DNA of 48,271 nt from a virus. The stretch lies in the IMG/VR virus record IMGVR_UViG_3300021082_000006. One strand, given 5' to 3'. A model generated the notes under the pieces. It was given only the letters and a program-made list of their open reading frames with translations. It ran no database searches and was not told where the DNA came from. The translations under genes and the position numbers were made by a program. How positions within the stretch are numbered: the first letter of the stretch is position 1; every line of letters starts with the position of its first letter. Below are positions 7,537 to 15,502 of this stretch, piece after piece.

Positions 7537-8069
7537 TGTATCGGGATACCTGCACCGTGAACGACTGCGACGACGTGGTGGGGATGATTGCCGCCGAGCT
7601 CAATATCGGCTGGCTCCAGGGGACCGCAGAGGGCAACGTCCACCGCCGGCACCGGATGGCGAGGATGCTGCTCGAGCGGCTCAAAGACGTGACGCCCGAG
7701 CGCGCCTCCAAGGGCGCCAAGTACCTGATCGACCATTGGGAAAAAGAGCGTATGCCGCGCCCGCGGGAAATCGCCCAGGCGATTCTCACGCAGGGCACCT
7801 CCCTGACCGAAGCGACCAAGGCGTACCTCGATTGGCAGGACCGCGGATTCGGGGAGGAGGAGCCGTGCCCCTGCTGTGGCCGGCAAGCGACGTGGGCGCC
7901 GCGGCAGATGGCGGACTGTGACCCGGCGGTGCATTACACGAGGAGCGTGCCGCTGATCGGGTGCCACCCGTGGCTCCATCAGGCAGTGATTCAGGCCAAG
8001 CGCGATAAGGCGCCCTGGCCGACCCACGCAGAGGCGGAGGAGCGCCATGTTCGGCCCCAAGCGGATTGA
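7536..8069 (+). CDS. Hypothetical protein with a Cys/His-rich C-terminal half (CPCCG...C...H).
   Basis: ATG 7536 overlaps the upstream TGA. GAGGAGG SD. High GC3. Confidence 0.6.
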   Translation: MYRDTCTVNDCDDVVGMIAAELNIGWLQGTAEGNVHRRHRMARMLLERLKDVTPERASKGAKYLIDHWEKERMPRPREIAQAILTQGTSLTEATKAYLDWQDRGFGEEEPCPCCGRQATWAPRQMADCDPAVHYTRSVPLIGCHPWLHQAVIQAKRDKAPWPTHAEAEERHVRPQAD

Positions 8070-8481
8070 CCCCGAGGCGCAGGAGGAGCAGCGGTGCCTC
8101 AACCTGGCCCGCGCCGCCGGCGCGCATGTCTACCGCTTGAGCGGCAACGCTCGAGCCGGCGGGACGCGGCAGGACCGCGGACTCCCCGACGCCTGGCTGT
8201 TCTTCCCCGCGCACAACATCGGCGGCTGGTTCGAGTGCAAAAGCCCAATGGGGTTGAAGCGGCACCTGGCGCGAGTCACCGAGCCGTATGACCCGAAGTG
8301 GCCGAAGCGGCACGCGGAGGAGTGGCAGCACGCGCACGACCAAGAGGAGTTCGGACGATTGTGCGAGCTCACCGGCATCCCCTGGTGCCTCGGCACACAG
8401 GAGCACTTCGAGGTCTGGCTCGAGAAGCTGGGCGTTATCAAGTACCTCAGCGGGATACGCCAGATTGTGCGGCGCCCATGA
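8047..8481 (+). CDS. VRR-NUC-type PD-(D/E)XK nuclease.
   Basis: E..Q...L, then GLPDAWLFFP...GGWFECKSPMG...Q, matching the VRR-NUC motif order. Confidence 0.65.
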   Translation: MFGPKRIDPEAQEEQRCLNLARAAGAHVYRLSGNARAGGTRQDRGLPDAWLFFPAHNIGGWFECKSPMGLKRHLARVTEPYDPKWPKRHAEEWQHAHDQEEFGRLCELTGIPWCLGTQEHFEVWLEKLGVIKYLSGIRQIVRRP

Positions 8482-9194
8482 CCGAGCCTGGCGAGACGAC
8501 CTACTGGATGGACCGCCCGGTGCTGGGGCTCGACCTCGAGAGCACCGGCCTCGACACGGAGAACGACCGCCCGGTGTCCGTCGCCCTGGCGTGGGTGGAG
8601 CCGAACGGGAAGGCGCGGGACCGCAAGACCTACCTGGTGGACCCCGACATGGTGATCGCGGACGAAGCGATAGCCGTGCATGGCATCACCAACGCGCAGG
8701 CCCGGCACGGCACGCACTGGTCGGAAATGGTGGTCTACCTCGGGCGGGTGCTGAACAAGACCCACCGCCGCGGGGAGCCGGTCGTGATTATGAACGCCCG
8801 CTTCGACTGGACGATGCTGCACCACCTGGCGAAGCGGATCGAGGTGCAGCTCCCCCCTATCGCCATCCTCGACCCGGTACCCATCGACCGCGCCCTCGAC
8901 AAGTACCGGAGCGGCTCGCGGAAGCTGACCGACCTGGCGAAGCACTACGGCCTCGAGGACTTCGCGGCCCATACCGCCAGCGCCGACGCCTTGACCGCCA
9001 CCCAAGTGATGTACGCGATGGCGCGCCGCTACCCGGACGCGCTCCGCCGCTCGCTCCCCGAGCTCATGGCCTGGCAGGCGAAGGTGTTCGAGGAGTGGCG
9101 CGCCGGCCTGGTGCTGCACTGGAAGGAGATCGGCAAGGAGGTCACCAACCCCCCGCGCCCCGGCTGGCCCCTCGAGGACCCCTTGACCCTCTAG
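8478..9194 (+). CDS. DnaQ-like DEDDh 3'-5' exonuclease.
   Basis: LDLESTGLD (ExoI), HGITNAQ / NARFDWTML (ExoII), HTASADAL (ExoIII). ATGA overlap. Confidence 0.85.
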   Translation: MTEPGETTYWMDRPVLGLDLESTGLDTENDRPVSVALAWVEPNGKARDRKTYLVDPDMVIADEAIAVHGITNAQARHGTHWSEMVVYLGRVLNKTHRRGEPVVIMNARFDWTMLHHLAKRIEVQLPPIAILDPVPIDRALDKYRSGSRKLTDLAKHYGLEDFAAHTASADALTATQVMYAMARRYPDALRRSLPELMAWQAKVFEEWRAGLVLHWKEIGKEVTNPPRPGWPLEDPLTL

Positions 9195-9211
9195 CGTAAA
9201 CCCCGTATACT
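9183..9211 (+). promoter_or_regulatory. Promoter P1: -35 TTGACC (9183-9188), 17-nt spacer, -10 TATACT (9206-9211).
   Basis: Near-consensus hexamers. Followed by the conserved leader ...GGAGTCTCGAG. Confidence 0.6.
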
Positions 9212-9254
9212 CGCGGGGTCGGCAATCCCGCCGGCCCTACGGAGTCTCGAGACA

Positions 9255-9524
9255 TTGAAGAACATCCCCATTCGCGGCCCGGTGCCGCCCCCCGTGGCCG
9301 AGCGCCCCAAGTGCGCCTACTGCAACACGCCGCTCAAGCCCTCGTTTACGAGGGTGTGGGACAACGCCCCCGGTGGCGGGATGCAGGCCATCGCCAAGGT
9401 CTGGGACCACAACCTCAACGGCGGCTACAACTCCTACTTCGGGCTGTTCGACACGAAGGGCTGCGCCCTCCAGTTCGCCCGTGCGGCCCACGCTGCCGGC
9501 TTCCGCCGCGGCGGTGCCAAGTGA
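9255..9524 (+). CDS. Hypothetical protein (89 aa).
   Basis: TTG start 10 nt after GGAG of the conserved leader. High GC3. Confidence 0.55.
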   Translation: MKNIPIRGPVPPPVAERPKCAYCNTPLKPSFTRVWDNAPGGGMQAIAKVWDHNLNGGYNSYFGLFDTKGCALQFARAAHAAGFRRGGAK

Positions 9525-9742
9525 GCCAAGACTTCCGCAAGCGGCCTGACCGCCAGTGCCGGTGGTGCAGCGGGACCGGCTTCACCTACTACGTCAACGA
9601 CCTCGCCGCGTTCGATGCACCCTGCCCCTGCACCGATGTGTTCCCCCGCGACACCTGGGCGAGCCAGCTCCGCCGCTGGTGGGCCACCTTCCGCTACCAC
9701 CTCAAGGTGGTGAGCCAAGGCGACGACGAATACCCGTTCTGA
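9521..9742 (+). CDS. Small Zn-finger-like protein (CRWC...CPC).
   Basis: GTGA overlap with the upstream stop. It is the tail of listed ORF 9311..9742, where GC3 rises. Confidence 0.55.
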   Translation: MSQDFRKRPDRQCRWCSGTGFTYYVNDLAAFDAPCPCTDVFPRDTWASQLRRWWATFRYHLKVVSQGDDEYPF

Positions 9743-9775
9743 CCCGCAGGTTCACACGCACAAGGAGTCTCGAGA

Positions 9776-10261
9776 ATGACCGCAGCAACCGAAGTGCTCA
9801 TTTCGCTGGGCGGCAGTCAGTACATCGTGAAGGTCGATCCCTCGATTCCGCCGGGGGAGATTCGGATTGGCCGCTTCGCCGCCCTGGACGCGCTGGCCGA
9901 AGCGAGTAGCCAGCCCCTCGCGGTGCTGACCCAACCGCCGACCCCGCCCCCGGTCGTGAACGGCACGGCCTCGACGGCCCCCGACCCCGCTCCCGCTCCC
10001 GTGGTCTACACCCCCAAGCACTACAAAATGACCCGCCTCCGCGGGAAGGAAGTGACGCAAATCCGGGAGTGGCTGGTCAAGCGGGTGGGCACCCTCTCGA
10101 AGCTCGAGCAGACGGTCATGCTCCACAGCTTCCCGCCCAACAAGAAGGGCTACGTCAATTCCAACATCGTCGCGGCGCAGACCGGGGTAGAGCCCGATGC
10201 CGTGCGGAATGTCCGCAACAGCGTGATGCGGAAAGCGGGGGCCATGCACCGGAACGCCTAG
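9776..10261 (+). CDS. Putative transcription regulator with a C-terminal sigma-70 region-4 / LuxR-like HTH.
   Basis: LSKLEQTVMLHSF......NIVAAQTGVEPDAVRNVRNSVMRKA resembles sigma region 4. Leader is GGAGTCTCGAGAATG. Confidence 0.4.
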   Translation: MTAATEVLISLGGSQYIVKVDPSIPPGEIRIGRFAALDALAEASSQPLAVLTQPPTPPPVVNGTASTAPDPAPAPVVYTPKHYKMTRLRGKEVTQIREWLVKRVGTLSKLEQTVMLHSFPPNKKGYVNSNIVAAQTGVEPDAVRNVRNSVMRKAGAMHRNA

Positions 10262-10279
10262 CCGGGGCTGGATTGAACC

Positions 10280-10314
10280 TTGACGCCCCTAGTAAACGGT
10301 GTATACTAGGGGCG
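10280..10314 (+). promoter_or_regulatory. Promoter P2: -35 TTGACG (10280-10285), 16-nt spacer, -10 TATACT (10302-10307). Embedded in a perfect 11-bp inverted repeat (10284-10294 / 10304-10314).
   Basis: cgcccctagta ... tactaggggcg, read directly. Confidence 0.65.
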
Positions 10315-10345
10315 TCGGGCTTTTCCGACCTCACCAGGAGTCTCT

Positions 10346-11110
10346 ATGTCAAAGCTGATGCTGCACCGGGGCGGGCACCTTGCCACGCGGGACGAAGTGG
10401 CCGCGGTGGTCACCCCCGAAGTAGACGCCACCACCGGCTGGACCCCCATCCCCCACATCGAGCTGATGGAACAGACCTCGGGCGCGCTCCAGCGGGCCGG
10501 GTACACCGTGGAGGAGGAGGAGCTCGGCCTCTGGGGCGACAAGGGCCAGCGGTTCTTCGCCCGGTTCGGCCTGGCGGTGCGGCTGGCGGGTGGACTGGCC
10601 CGGCTGGTGCTCGGCCTGCGGAATAGCCACGACCGGACCTTTGCCGCCGGCCTGGCCCTCGGGCAGAAGGTGTTTATCTGCGACAACCTCTCGTTTAACG
10701 CGGAGGTGACGCTGGGCCGGAAGCACACCCGCTTCATTCACCGGGACTTGCCGGGCCTCCTGACCGAGCGGCTGGCCCTCCTGCCGGCCTTCACCCAGCG
10801 GGCCGAGCAGCGCATCGAGGCGTACCAGCAGACTGAAATCGGCACCCTCTACACCCACGACCTGATTGTGCGGGCCTACGACCACCAGGTGATAAGCGGG
10901 GGCTCGATCCGCGACGTGCTCAAGGAGTACAGGAACCCGCGCCACCCGGAGTTCAAGCCGCGCACCCTCTGGAGCCTGCACAACGCGTTCACGGAGGTGC
11001 TCAAGAAGATCCAGCCCATCGACCTCGCCCAGCGCACGCGGTCCCTCGATGTGCTCCTGGACGGGGCCACGGAGCACCCGCTCGCCCCGTGGAACCCCGA
11101 CCTCAACTAG
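10346..11110 (+). CDS. DUF932-family protein (phage/ICE-associated).
   Basis: GLRNSHDRTFAAGLALGQKVFICDNLSF...GRKHTRF matches the DUF932 core motif. Confidence 0.7.
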   Translation: MSKLMLHRGGHLATRDEVAAVVTPEVDATTGWTPIPHIELMEQTSGALQRAGYTVEEEELGLWGDKGQRFFARFGLAVRLAGGLARLVLGLRNSHDRTFAAGLALGQKVFICDNLSFNAEVTLGRKHTRFIHRDLPGLLTERLALLPAFTQRAEQRIEAYQQTEIGTLYTHDLIVRAYDHQVISGGSIRDVLKEYRNPRHPEFKPRTLWSLHNAFTEVLKKIQPIDLAQRTRSLDVLLDGATEHPLAPWNPDLN

Positions 11111-11125
11111 TCCACTCCCCCAACC

Positions 11126-11161
11126 TTGCGCGCCTCGGGTATACCCTGTATACTCGGGGCG
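11126..11161 (+). promoter_or_regulatory. Promoter P3: -35 TTGCGC (11126-11131), 17-nt spacer, -10 TATACT (11149-11154). Has a 13-bp imperfect palindrome and two GTATAC cores.
   Basis: cgcctcgggtata ccctg tatactcggggcg. Confidence 0.6.
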
Positions 11162-11197
11162 TCGGACTTTCCCGACCCCATCAAAGGAGTCTCGATT

Positions 11198-11587
11198 ATG
11201 CGTCAATCGTTTCGGCTGGTAGCGACCTCGCAGGAGCCCGGTACCCGCCGGGTGTTGGACCTTCACCTGGACAAGGGCGGGCGCGTCATCCTCGTCCTGC
11301 GCGAGGTGGAGCTGCACGCGGCAACCCACGGATGCGTCGGGGCCGAGAGCTACATGATGTTCCGCGACCCGGTGAGCCGCTGGGTGCTGTCGGTGGGCAA
11401 GAGCACGACCAAGCCGGCGGTCAAGCGGTTCCTCGAGGCCCTGAACGCCGGGCTCATCGAGCGCGGCACCTACCACACGCTCCCGTGGGCCGAGCTGGTG
11501 CAAGTGGTAGACAACGCGGTCGAGCTGGCCGAGCTGGCGGGCACCGTGACCCGCAAGAGCGTGGTCAAGATGGCGCCGGCCCGATGA
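11198..11587 (+). CDS. Hypothetical protein (129 aa).
   Basis: ATG 11198 after the leader GGAGTCTCGATT. High GC3. Confidence 0.6.
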   Translation: MRQSFRLVATSQEPGTRRVLDLHLDKGGRVILVLREVELHAATHGCVGAESYMMFRDPVSRWVLSVGKSTTKPAVKRFLEALNAGLIERGTYHTLPWAELVQVVDNAVELAELAGTVTRKSVVKMAPAR

Positions 11588-11838
11588 GCCGCCCCAAGCA
11601 CGGGCTGATTCAGCAGCTCAACCCCTGGACGCGGGAGCAGATCGAGAAGGGGAACACCAAGCGGCTCGAGCGCCGCATGGCGGTCCTCACGCACAACCTC
11701 ACCATGCCGTGGGCGGAGAAGTACCTCGAGGCGTTCCAGCTCGAGCTCGACGCCATCCGGGCCAACCTCAAGCAGCGCCACGCGACCCGGACGCGGCTCA
11801 CCCTCCTCGAGGGGGGCCTCGGTGACGACGAAGCCTAG
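11584..11838 (+). CDS. Hypothetical protein (84 aa).
   Basis: ATGA overlap. Tail of listed ORF 11089..11838. Confidence 0.55.
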   Translation: MSRPKHGLIQQLNPWTREQIEKGNTKRLERRMAVLTHNLTMPWAEKYLEAFQLELDAIRANLKQRHATRTRLTLLEGGLGDDEA

Positions 11839-12016
11839 CCCGGCAGTGTGCCCGCGGTGCGGTGGCGCGTGGGAGCGGCATTGCGGGGTGCTGGTGTGCC
11901 GCGCCTGCGGCCACCACTACGGGAAAGACCGGGTGCGCTGTTACTGCGGGTGGGCCGCGGACGGCGGCGACGGGCGGCAGCAAATCGCGCAGGGCCAACC
12001 CTTAACCAAGAGGTAG
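11822..12016 (+). CDS. Small Zn-ribbon protein (CPRCGG...CRACGH).
   Basis: Two CxxC pairs. High GC3. Confidence 0.55.
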   Translation: MTTKPSPAVCPRCGGAWERHCGVLVCRACGHHYGKDRVRCYCGWAADGGDGRQQIAQGQPLTKR

Positions 12017-12020
12017 AGCC

Positions 12021-12455
12021 GTGACTATCAACATCAGTGACCCCGTGGACCCGCTCGAGGTCGCCATCCAAATGGCGGCAGCGGAGCAGCTCGACCCCCT
12101 CGAGGTCGTGCCGAACGTGGTCCGCTCGGAGGTATTCGAGCTGTTCCTCAAGCAGCTCAGGACCGCCCAGGAGAACCGGAACCGGGAGGAGGAGGCGCTT
12201 TGGTGGGCGCGCTGGAACGAGGCCGCGGACGGCTGGACCGATGGACGGAGCGCGGCGGAGATTGTGGAGCGGCTCGGCTGGCTCGACGCCACGGTAGAGA
12301 ACACCACCAAGACCCTGACGAGTTTGGTCTACGCCACCAAGGAGCAGAAGCGGCGGGCGGACGCCTACCAGCACGCCATCGAGGCCCACAAGCAGGCGGG
12401 GCAGAAGCTCCAGCAGCTCCGCGATGCGTTCGACCTCGACCCCCAAGCCGAATGA
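12021..12455 (+). CDS. Hypothetical helical protein (144 aa).
   Basis: GTG start. High GC3. Confidence 0.6.
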   Translation: MTINISDPVDPLEVAIQMAAAEQLDPLEVVPNVVRSEVFELFLKQLRTAQENRNREEEALWWARWNEAADGWTDGRSAAEIVERLGWLDATVENTTKTLTSLVYATKEQKRRADAYQHAIEAHKQAGQKLQQLRDAFDLDPQAE

Positions 12456-12673
12456 CCAGGGCCAACGACCGGCACCCAACGCGCCGGCTCCTCTCGAGCT
12501 CCTACGGCGACGTAGTGATAGAGCTCCGGGCGGATACCATCCTCGTCAGGATGCCCCGCCAGCGCATGAGCTCGAGCCTCGTCATTACCCCCGGCTCCCT
12601 CCTCACGCATCTAGCCTGGGAGGCCGGGCGGAAGAAGAAGCGGAAGGGCCGACGACGGCCCCGGTTGACCTGA
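12452..12673 (+). CDS. Hypothetical basic-tailed protein (73 aa).
   Basis: ATGA overlap. Tail of listed ORF 12200..12673. Confidence 0.5.
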   Translation: MTRANDRHPTRRLLSSSYGDVVIELRADTILVRMPRQRMSSSLVITPGSLLTHLAWEAGRKKKRKGRRRPRLT

Positions 12674-12677
12674 CCTC

Positions 12678-12713
12678 TTGCACGCCCCCGGTATACCCTG
12701 TATACTTGGGGCG
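12678..12713 (+). promoter_or_regulatory. Promoter P4: -35 TTGCAC (12678-12683), 17-nt spacer, -10 TATACT (12701-12706). Has the palindrome and two GTATAC cores.
   Basis: cgcccccggtata ccctg tatacttggggcg. Confidence 0.6.
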
Positions 12714-12748
12714 TTGTCGCGTTCACCCCTCAACGGAGTCTCGAGCCA

Positions 12749-12922
12749 ATGACCTATCCCGACGTGAATTGCAAGCGGTGCGGCGCCTATATCAGCGTCC
12801 GCTTTCCGACCGCCCGGAGCAACCAGCTCTGCGGCGGCGACTACTGCCAAGGCATCCGGCAGCACGACCAGCCCCCGACCGACGCCGGCTATCTGCCGGA
12901 ACCGTGGTGGGCTGCACGGTGA
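12749..12922 (+). CDS. 57-aa Zn-ribbon-like protein (CKRCG...CGGDYC).
   Basis: Below the track's size cut-off. ATG 12749 follows the leader GGAGTCTCGAGCCA. TGA at 12920-12922. Confidence 0.5.
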   Translation: MTYPDVNCKRCGAYISVRFPTARSNQLCGGDYCQGIRQHDQPPTDAGYLPEPWWAAR

Positions 12923-13014
12923 CCGCCCCCACGCTCGGCCCGGCCCTCGCCATGCTGGCGGGGTTCACCATCTTCGGCGCGTCCTGCGCCTCTCTCTGGA
13001 GGAATCGGAAGTGA
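12919..13014 (+). CDS. 31-aa hydrophobic peptide (VTAPTLGPALAMLAGFTIFGASCASLWRNRK).
   Basis: GTGA overlaps at both ends. One TM-like segment. Confidence 0.4.
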   Translation: MTAPTLGPALAMLAGFTIFGASCASLWRNRK

Positions 13015-13577
13015 GAAACGACCCTATTGCAAGCGACGACCCGGAGGCGGTGGCGAAGCTGACCGCCGAGCTCGAGGCCCTCACCCGGCAGCGGGACCAC
13101 ATGAAGGCGGTGAACACGGCCTATCGGAAGCGCGACCTCAAGGCCCTGGCCGGCTTCGGGTTCCACGGCGCGGCCCTCGAGAAGCTCGACGCGCAGGTAG
13201 CCGCGGCCTACTCGTGGGAGCGGGCGCCGTATCCCAAGTGGAAGCTGACGAACCTCGGGGCCAACTGCCGGCGGGTCGCGGCCCGGATTGAGCAGCTCAC
13301 GCAGCAAGCCGCCGAGCTGGAGGCCCACACGGCGGCAGGCGGGGAGGTGGTGACGGTGACCGAGCTGAACGGCGCCACGATCGAGACGGACCTCGAGGAG
13401 CAGCGGGTTACGGTGCGCTGGCCCGCCCGCCTCTCGCGGGAGGACTACAAGACGGCCCGCGCTAACGGCTTCCTCTGGAGCCCCACCCGGAACGGCTTCA
13501 CCCGCAAGTTCGGCCACAAGTGGCAGGCCGAGCGGCTCGCCCAGGCGGTGACCAGCGGGCAGGCGGTGACGCCATGA
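13011..13577 (+). CDS. DUF3560-like protein.
   Basis: DDPEAVAKL..LE.L....MKAVN......YPKWKLTNLGANCRRVAARIEQL and a C-terminal GFLWSP...F.R match my recollection of the C-terminal half of DUF3560. Confidence 0.55.
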   Translation: MRNDPIASDDPEAVAKLTAELEALTRQRDHMKAVNTAYRKRDLKALAGFGFHGAALEKLDAQVAAAYSWERAPYPKWKLTNLGANCRRVAARIEQLTQQAAELEAHTAAGGEVVTVTELNGATIETDLEEQRVTVRWPARLSREDYKTARANGFLWSPTRNGFTRKFGHKWQAERLAQAVTSGQAVTP

Positions 13578-13789
13578 CCCTCGCGGCGCGGGCGGAGTGG
13601 GAGCGGCTGTTCCGGGCGTGGATGTGGCACCTGTGGTGCCTCGAGGGCTCGGACGTAGACGGCGCGCTCGAGACGGTCAACCAGCTCGAGGACCCGAAGG
13701 AGGAGGCGCTCCAGTGGGGGGAGCAGTGGGACCTAACGCGGTGCGATACGGATTGGCAGGTTCACGACGGCAAGCCGGCGCCCGTCTAG
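13574..13789 (+). CDS. Hypothetical Trp-rich protein (71 aa).
   Basis: ATGA overlap. Confidence 0.5.
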   Translation: MTLAARAEWERLFRAWMWHLWCLEGSDVDGALETVNQLEDPKEEALQWGEQWDLTRCDTDWQVHDGKPAPV

Positions 13790-13807
13790 CCCTCGAGCTG
13801 CACCAAC

Positions 13808-13843
13808 TTGACGCCCCCGGTATACCCGCGTATACTGGGGGCG
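13808..13843 (+). promoter_or_regulatory. Promoter P5: -35 TTGACG (13808-13813), 17-nt spacer, -10 TATACT (13831-13836). 12/13 palindrome. A third GTATAC lies at 13849-13854.
   Basis: cgcccccggtata cccgcg tatactgggggcg. Confidence 0.65.
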
Positions 13844-13879
13844 CAGGTGTATACCCACGACGACAAGGAGCCCCGCCCG

Positions 13880-14527
13880 ATGCTGGTGATGGTGAGCAAC
13901 GCAACCGGAACCTTGGTGGACGAGCTGGCGACCCGCTTCCGCGGCCAGCTCGGCAACCTCGTCTCGGTGGGCGGCTGGCGGTCTACGGTCCTCCCCCAAT
14001 TCGCGCTGGATAACGGCGAGTATCCCGCGTGGGTCAAGGGGGAGCGCGCCCGTATGGCCCCGCTCCTCCGCCTCTGCGACGACGCCGAGGCCCTCGAGCT
14101 CGAGCACGGGGAGCGCCCGCGCTTCGTCACCGTGCCCGATGCGGTGGGCGACCGGGAGCGCACCCTCGAGCTCTGGCGGCAACATGCGCCGTGGTTCCGG
14201 GCGGTCTACCAGTGGCCGCTGGCCCTGGTGGTTCAGGACCGGATGGAAGTGCGCCACGTCAAGGCGCTCAAGGTCCAGCCTGACGTGATTTTCGTCGGCG
14301 GCTCGGGCAACGCCCGCAAGCTCACGGGCTGGAAGTGGGCCAGCCTCGCCGGCTGGTGCAAAGCCTTCCCGCGGGTCCATGTCGGGCGGGTCAACAACTA
14401 CGCCGGGGCCGCTCGCTGCCTCGAGCTCGGGGCCGAGTCCATCGACGGGACCGGCTGGATGTGCACCACGCGCCAGCGCCTCGAGCTGGTGCGATTCCTC
14501 GAACACCAAAAGGCGGTGACTGCATGA
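13880..14527 (+). CDS. Candidate TGT/DpdA-like (DNA or tRNA guanine transglycosylase superfamily) protein. Tentative.
   Basis: AAGGAG SD 9 nt upstream. Motifs FALDNGEY, VPDAVGDRERTL, VIFVGGS and HVGRVNNYAGAARCLELGAESIDGTGW resemble the TGT C-terminal pattern H.(L)G.G......G.D.FD. No CxCxxC Zn site seen. Confidence 0.3.
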   Translation: MLVMVSNATGTLVDELATRFRGQLGNLVSVGGWRSTVLPQFALDNGEYPAWVKGERARMAPLLRLCDDAEALELEHGERPRFVTVPDAVGDRERTLELWRQHAPWFRAVYQWPLALVVQDRMEVRHVKALKVQPDVIFVGGSGNARKLTGWKWASLAGWCKAFPRVHVGRVNNYAGAARCLELGAESIDGTGWMCTTRQRLELVRFLEHQKAVTA

Positions 14528-14742
14528 CCTTCCTACCTCTCCCCCAGACCGAAGCCGTCGCGTTTGACGCGGTGGTGGAGGCGTGCCCCTTCCCCATCAC
14601 GCGGGACCGGATCGTCGCCCACTGCCGCGACGAGTCCCGCACCATCACCCCCGCGATGGTGGACGCCGCCCTCGCCCGCATGACCGCCGCGGGTCGCATC
14701 GAGCAGGCGGGCGCCACCTCCTACCGGCTCGGGCCACAATGA
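14524..14742 (+). CDS. Small protein, possibly winged-helix (72 aa).
   Basis: ATGA overlap. High GC3. Confidence 0.45.
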   Translation: MTFLPLPQTEAVAFDAVVEACPFPITRDRIVAHCRDESRTITPAMVDAALARMTAAGRIEQAGATSYRLGPQ

Positions 14743-14930
14743 ACGCCCTGGCCCTCCTGCTCGCGCTCATCGTGCTGCCCCCGTGCCAGACTGACACCGA
14801 CTGCGGGGAGCCCACCGCCGACGAGCTGGCGAATGAAGCGCGCTACCAGCGCGACCGCGCCGCCGCTGCCGCCCTCATGTTCGTCCGCATCCCGGACGGG
14901 CTCCCCATCGACAACCTTGAACCCGACTGA
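14739..14930 (+). CDS. Small secreted protein or lipoprotein-like protein (MNALALLLALIVLPPCQ).
   Basis: ATGA overlap. Hydrophobic leader followed by Cys. Confidence 0.5.
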   Translation: MNALALLLALIVLPPCQTDTDCGEPTADELANEARYQRDRAAAAALMFVRIPDGLPIDNLEPD

Positions 14931-14934
14931 GGCC

Positions 14935-15285
14935 ATGACCGCCCCCTACCACTGGACCCCCGAGCTAAGGACCGTCCCCGTGACCGCCAACCGCTGGACC
15001 CCCGATTATGAGAGCGTGACCCTCGATGAGGCCGAAGCCGAGTGCCGGCGCCTCGAGGCCAAACTCAACGAGCTGCGCGAAAAGCGCGAGGAGCTGGAGC
15101 GCGAGGAGGAGCGCGTCGAAGCCGCCTTTCAGGACGCCTACAACCGCGGCGCCACCGAGCTGCGCGACATTCACCGCGAGGAGGAGGACGTACTCGAGGC
15201 CGGGCGCGCCCTCGCTGCCGCCGAGGCCAAGCTCCGCGCCCGCCGCCAGACCGGCGCCTACCCCGCGAAGCAGGTGATGCCGTGA
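14935..15285 (+). CDS. Coiled-coil protein (116 aa).
   Basis: Heptad-like acidic/basic sequence. High GC3. Confidence 0.55.
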   Translation: MTAPYHWTPELRTVPVTANRWTPDYESVTLDEAEAECRRLEAKLNELREKREELEREEERVEAAFQDAYNRGATELRDIHREEEDVLEAGRALAAAEAKLRARRQTGAYPAKQVMP

Positions 15286-15431
15286 TCCTCGTCCTGCTGG
15301 TCGGGCTCGCCTTCTTCGCCGTCCACATGCTGCACTGGTGGCTGTTCGACCTCCCCCGCGAGCGCCAGCTCGAGGCCCTCGAGCGGTACCGCGCCCGCAA
15401 GGCCCTGGACGACTCGCCCCCCGCCGGGTAA
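15282..15431 (+). CDS. 49-aa single-pass membrane protein.
   Basis: GTGA overlap. VILVLLVGLAFFAVHMLHWWLF. Confidence 0.45.
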   Translation: MILVLLVGLAFFAVHMLHWWLFDLPRERQLEALERYRARKALDDSPPAG

Positions 15432-15502
15432 CCTTCCACCCCCCGGACGACCTCGAGACTCCTCCGGTGGGGGTACGGACACGCAAGGCACCACACTCAA
15501 GG

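Noticed and set aside
9183-13854. A CRISPR-like array, suggested by the recurring ~35-bp palindromic elements.
   Set aside because: The repeats are 850-1550 bp apart, are separated by protein-coding genes, and carry -35/-10 hexamers. They are promoter/operator cassettes, not CRISPR repeats.
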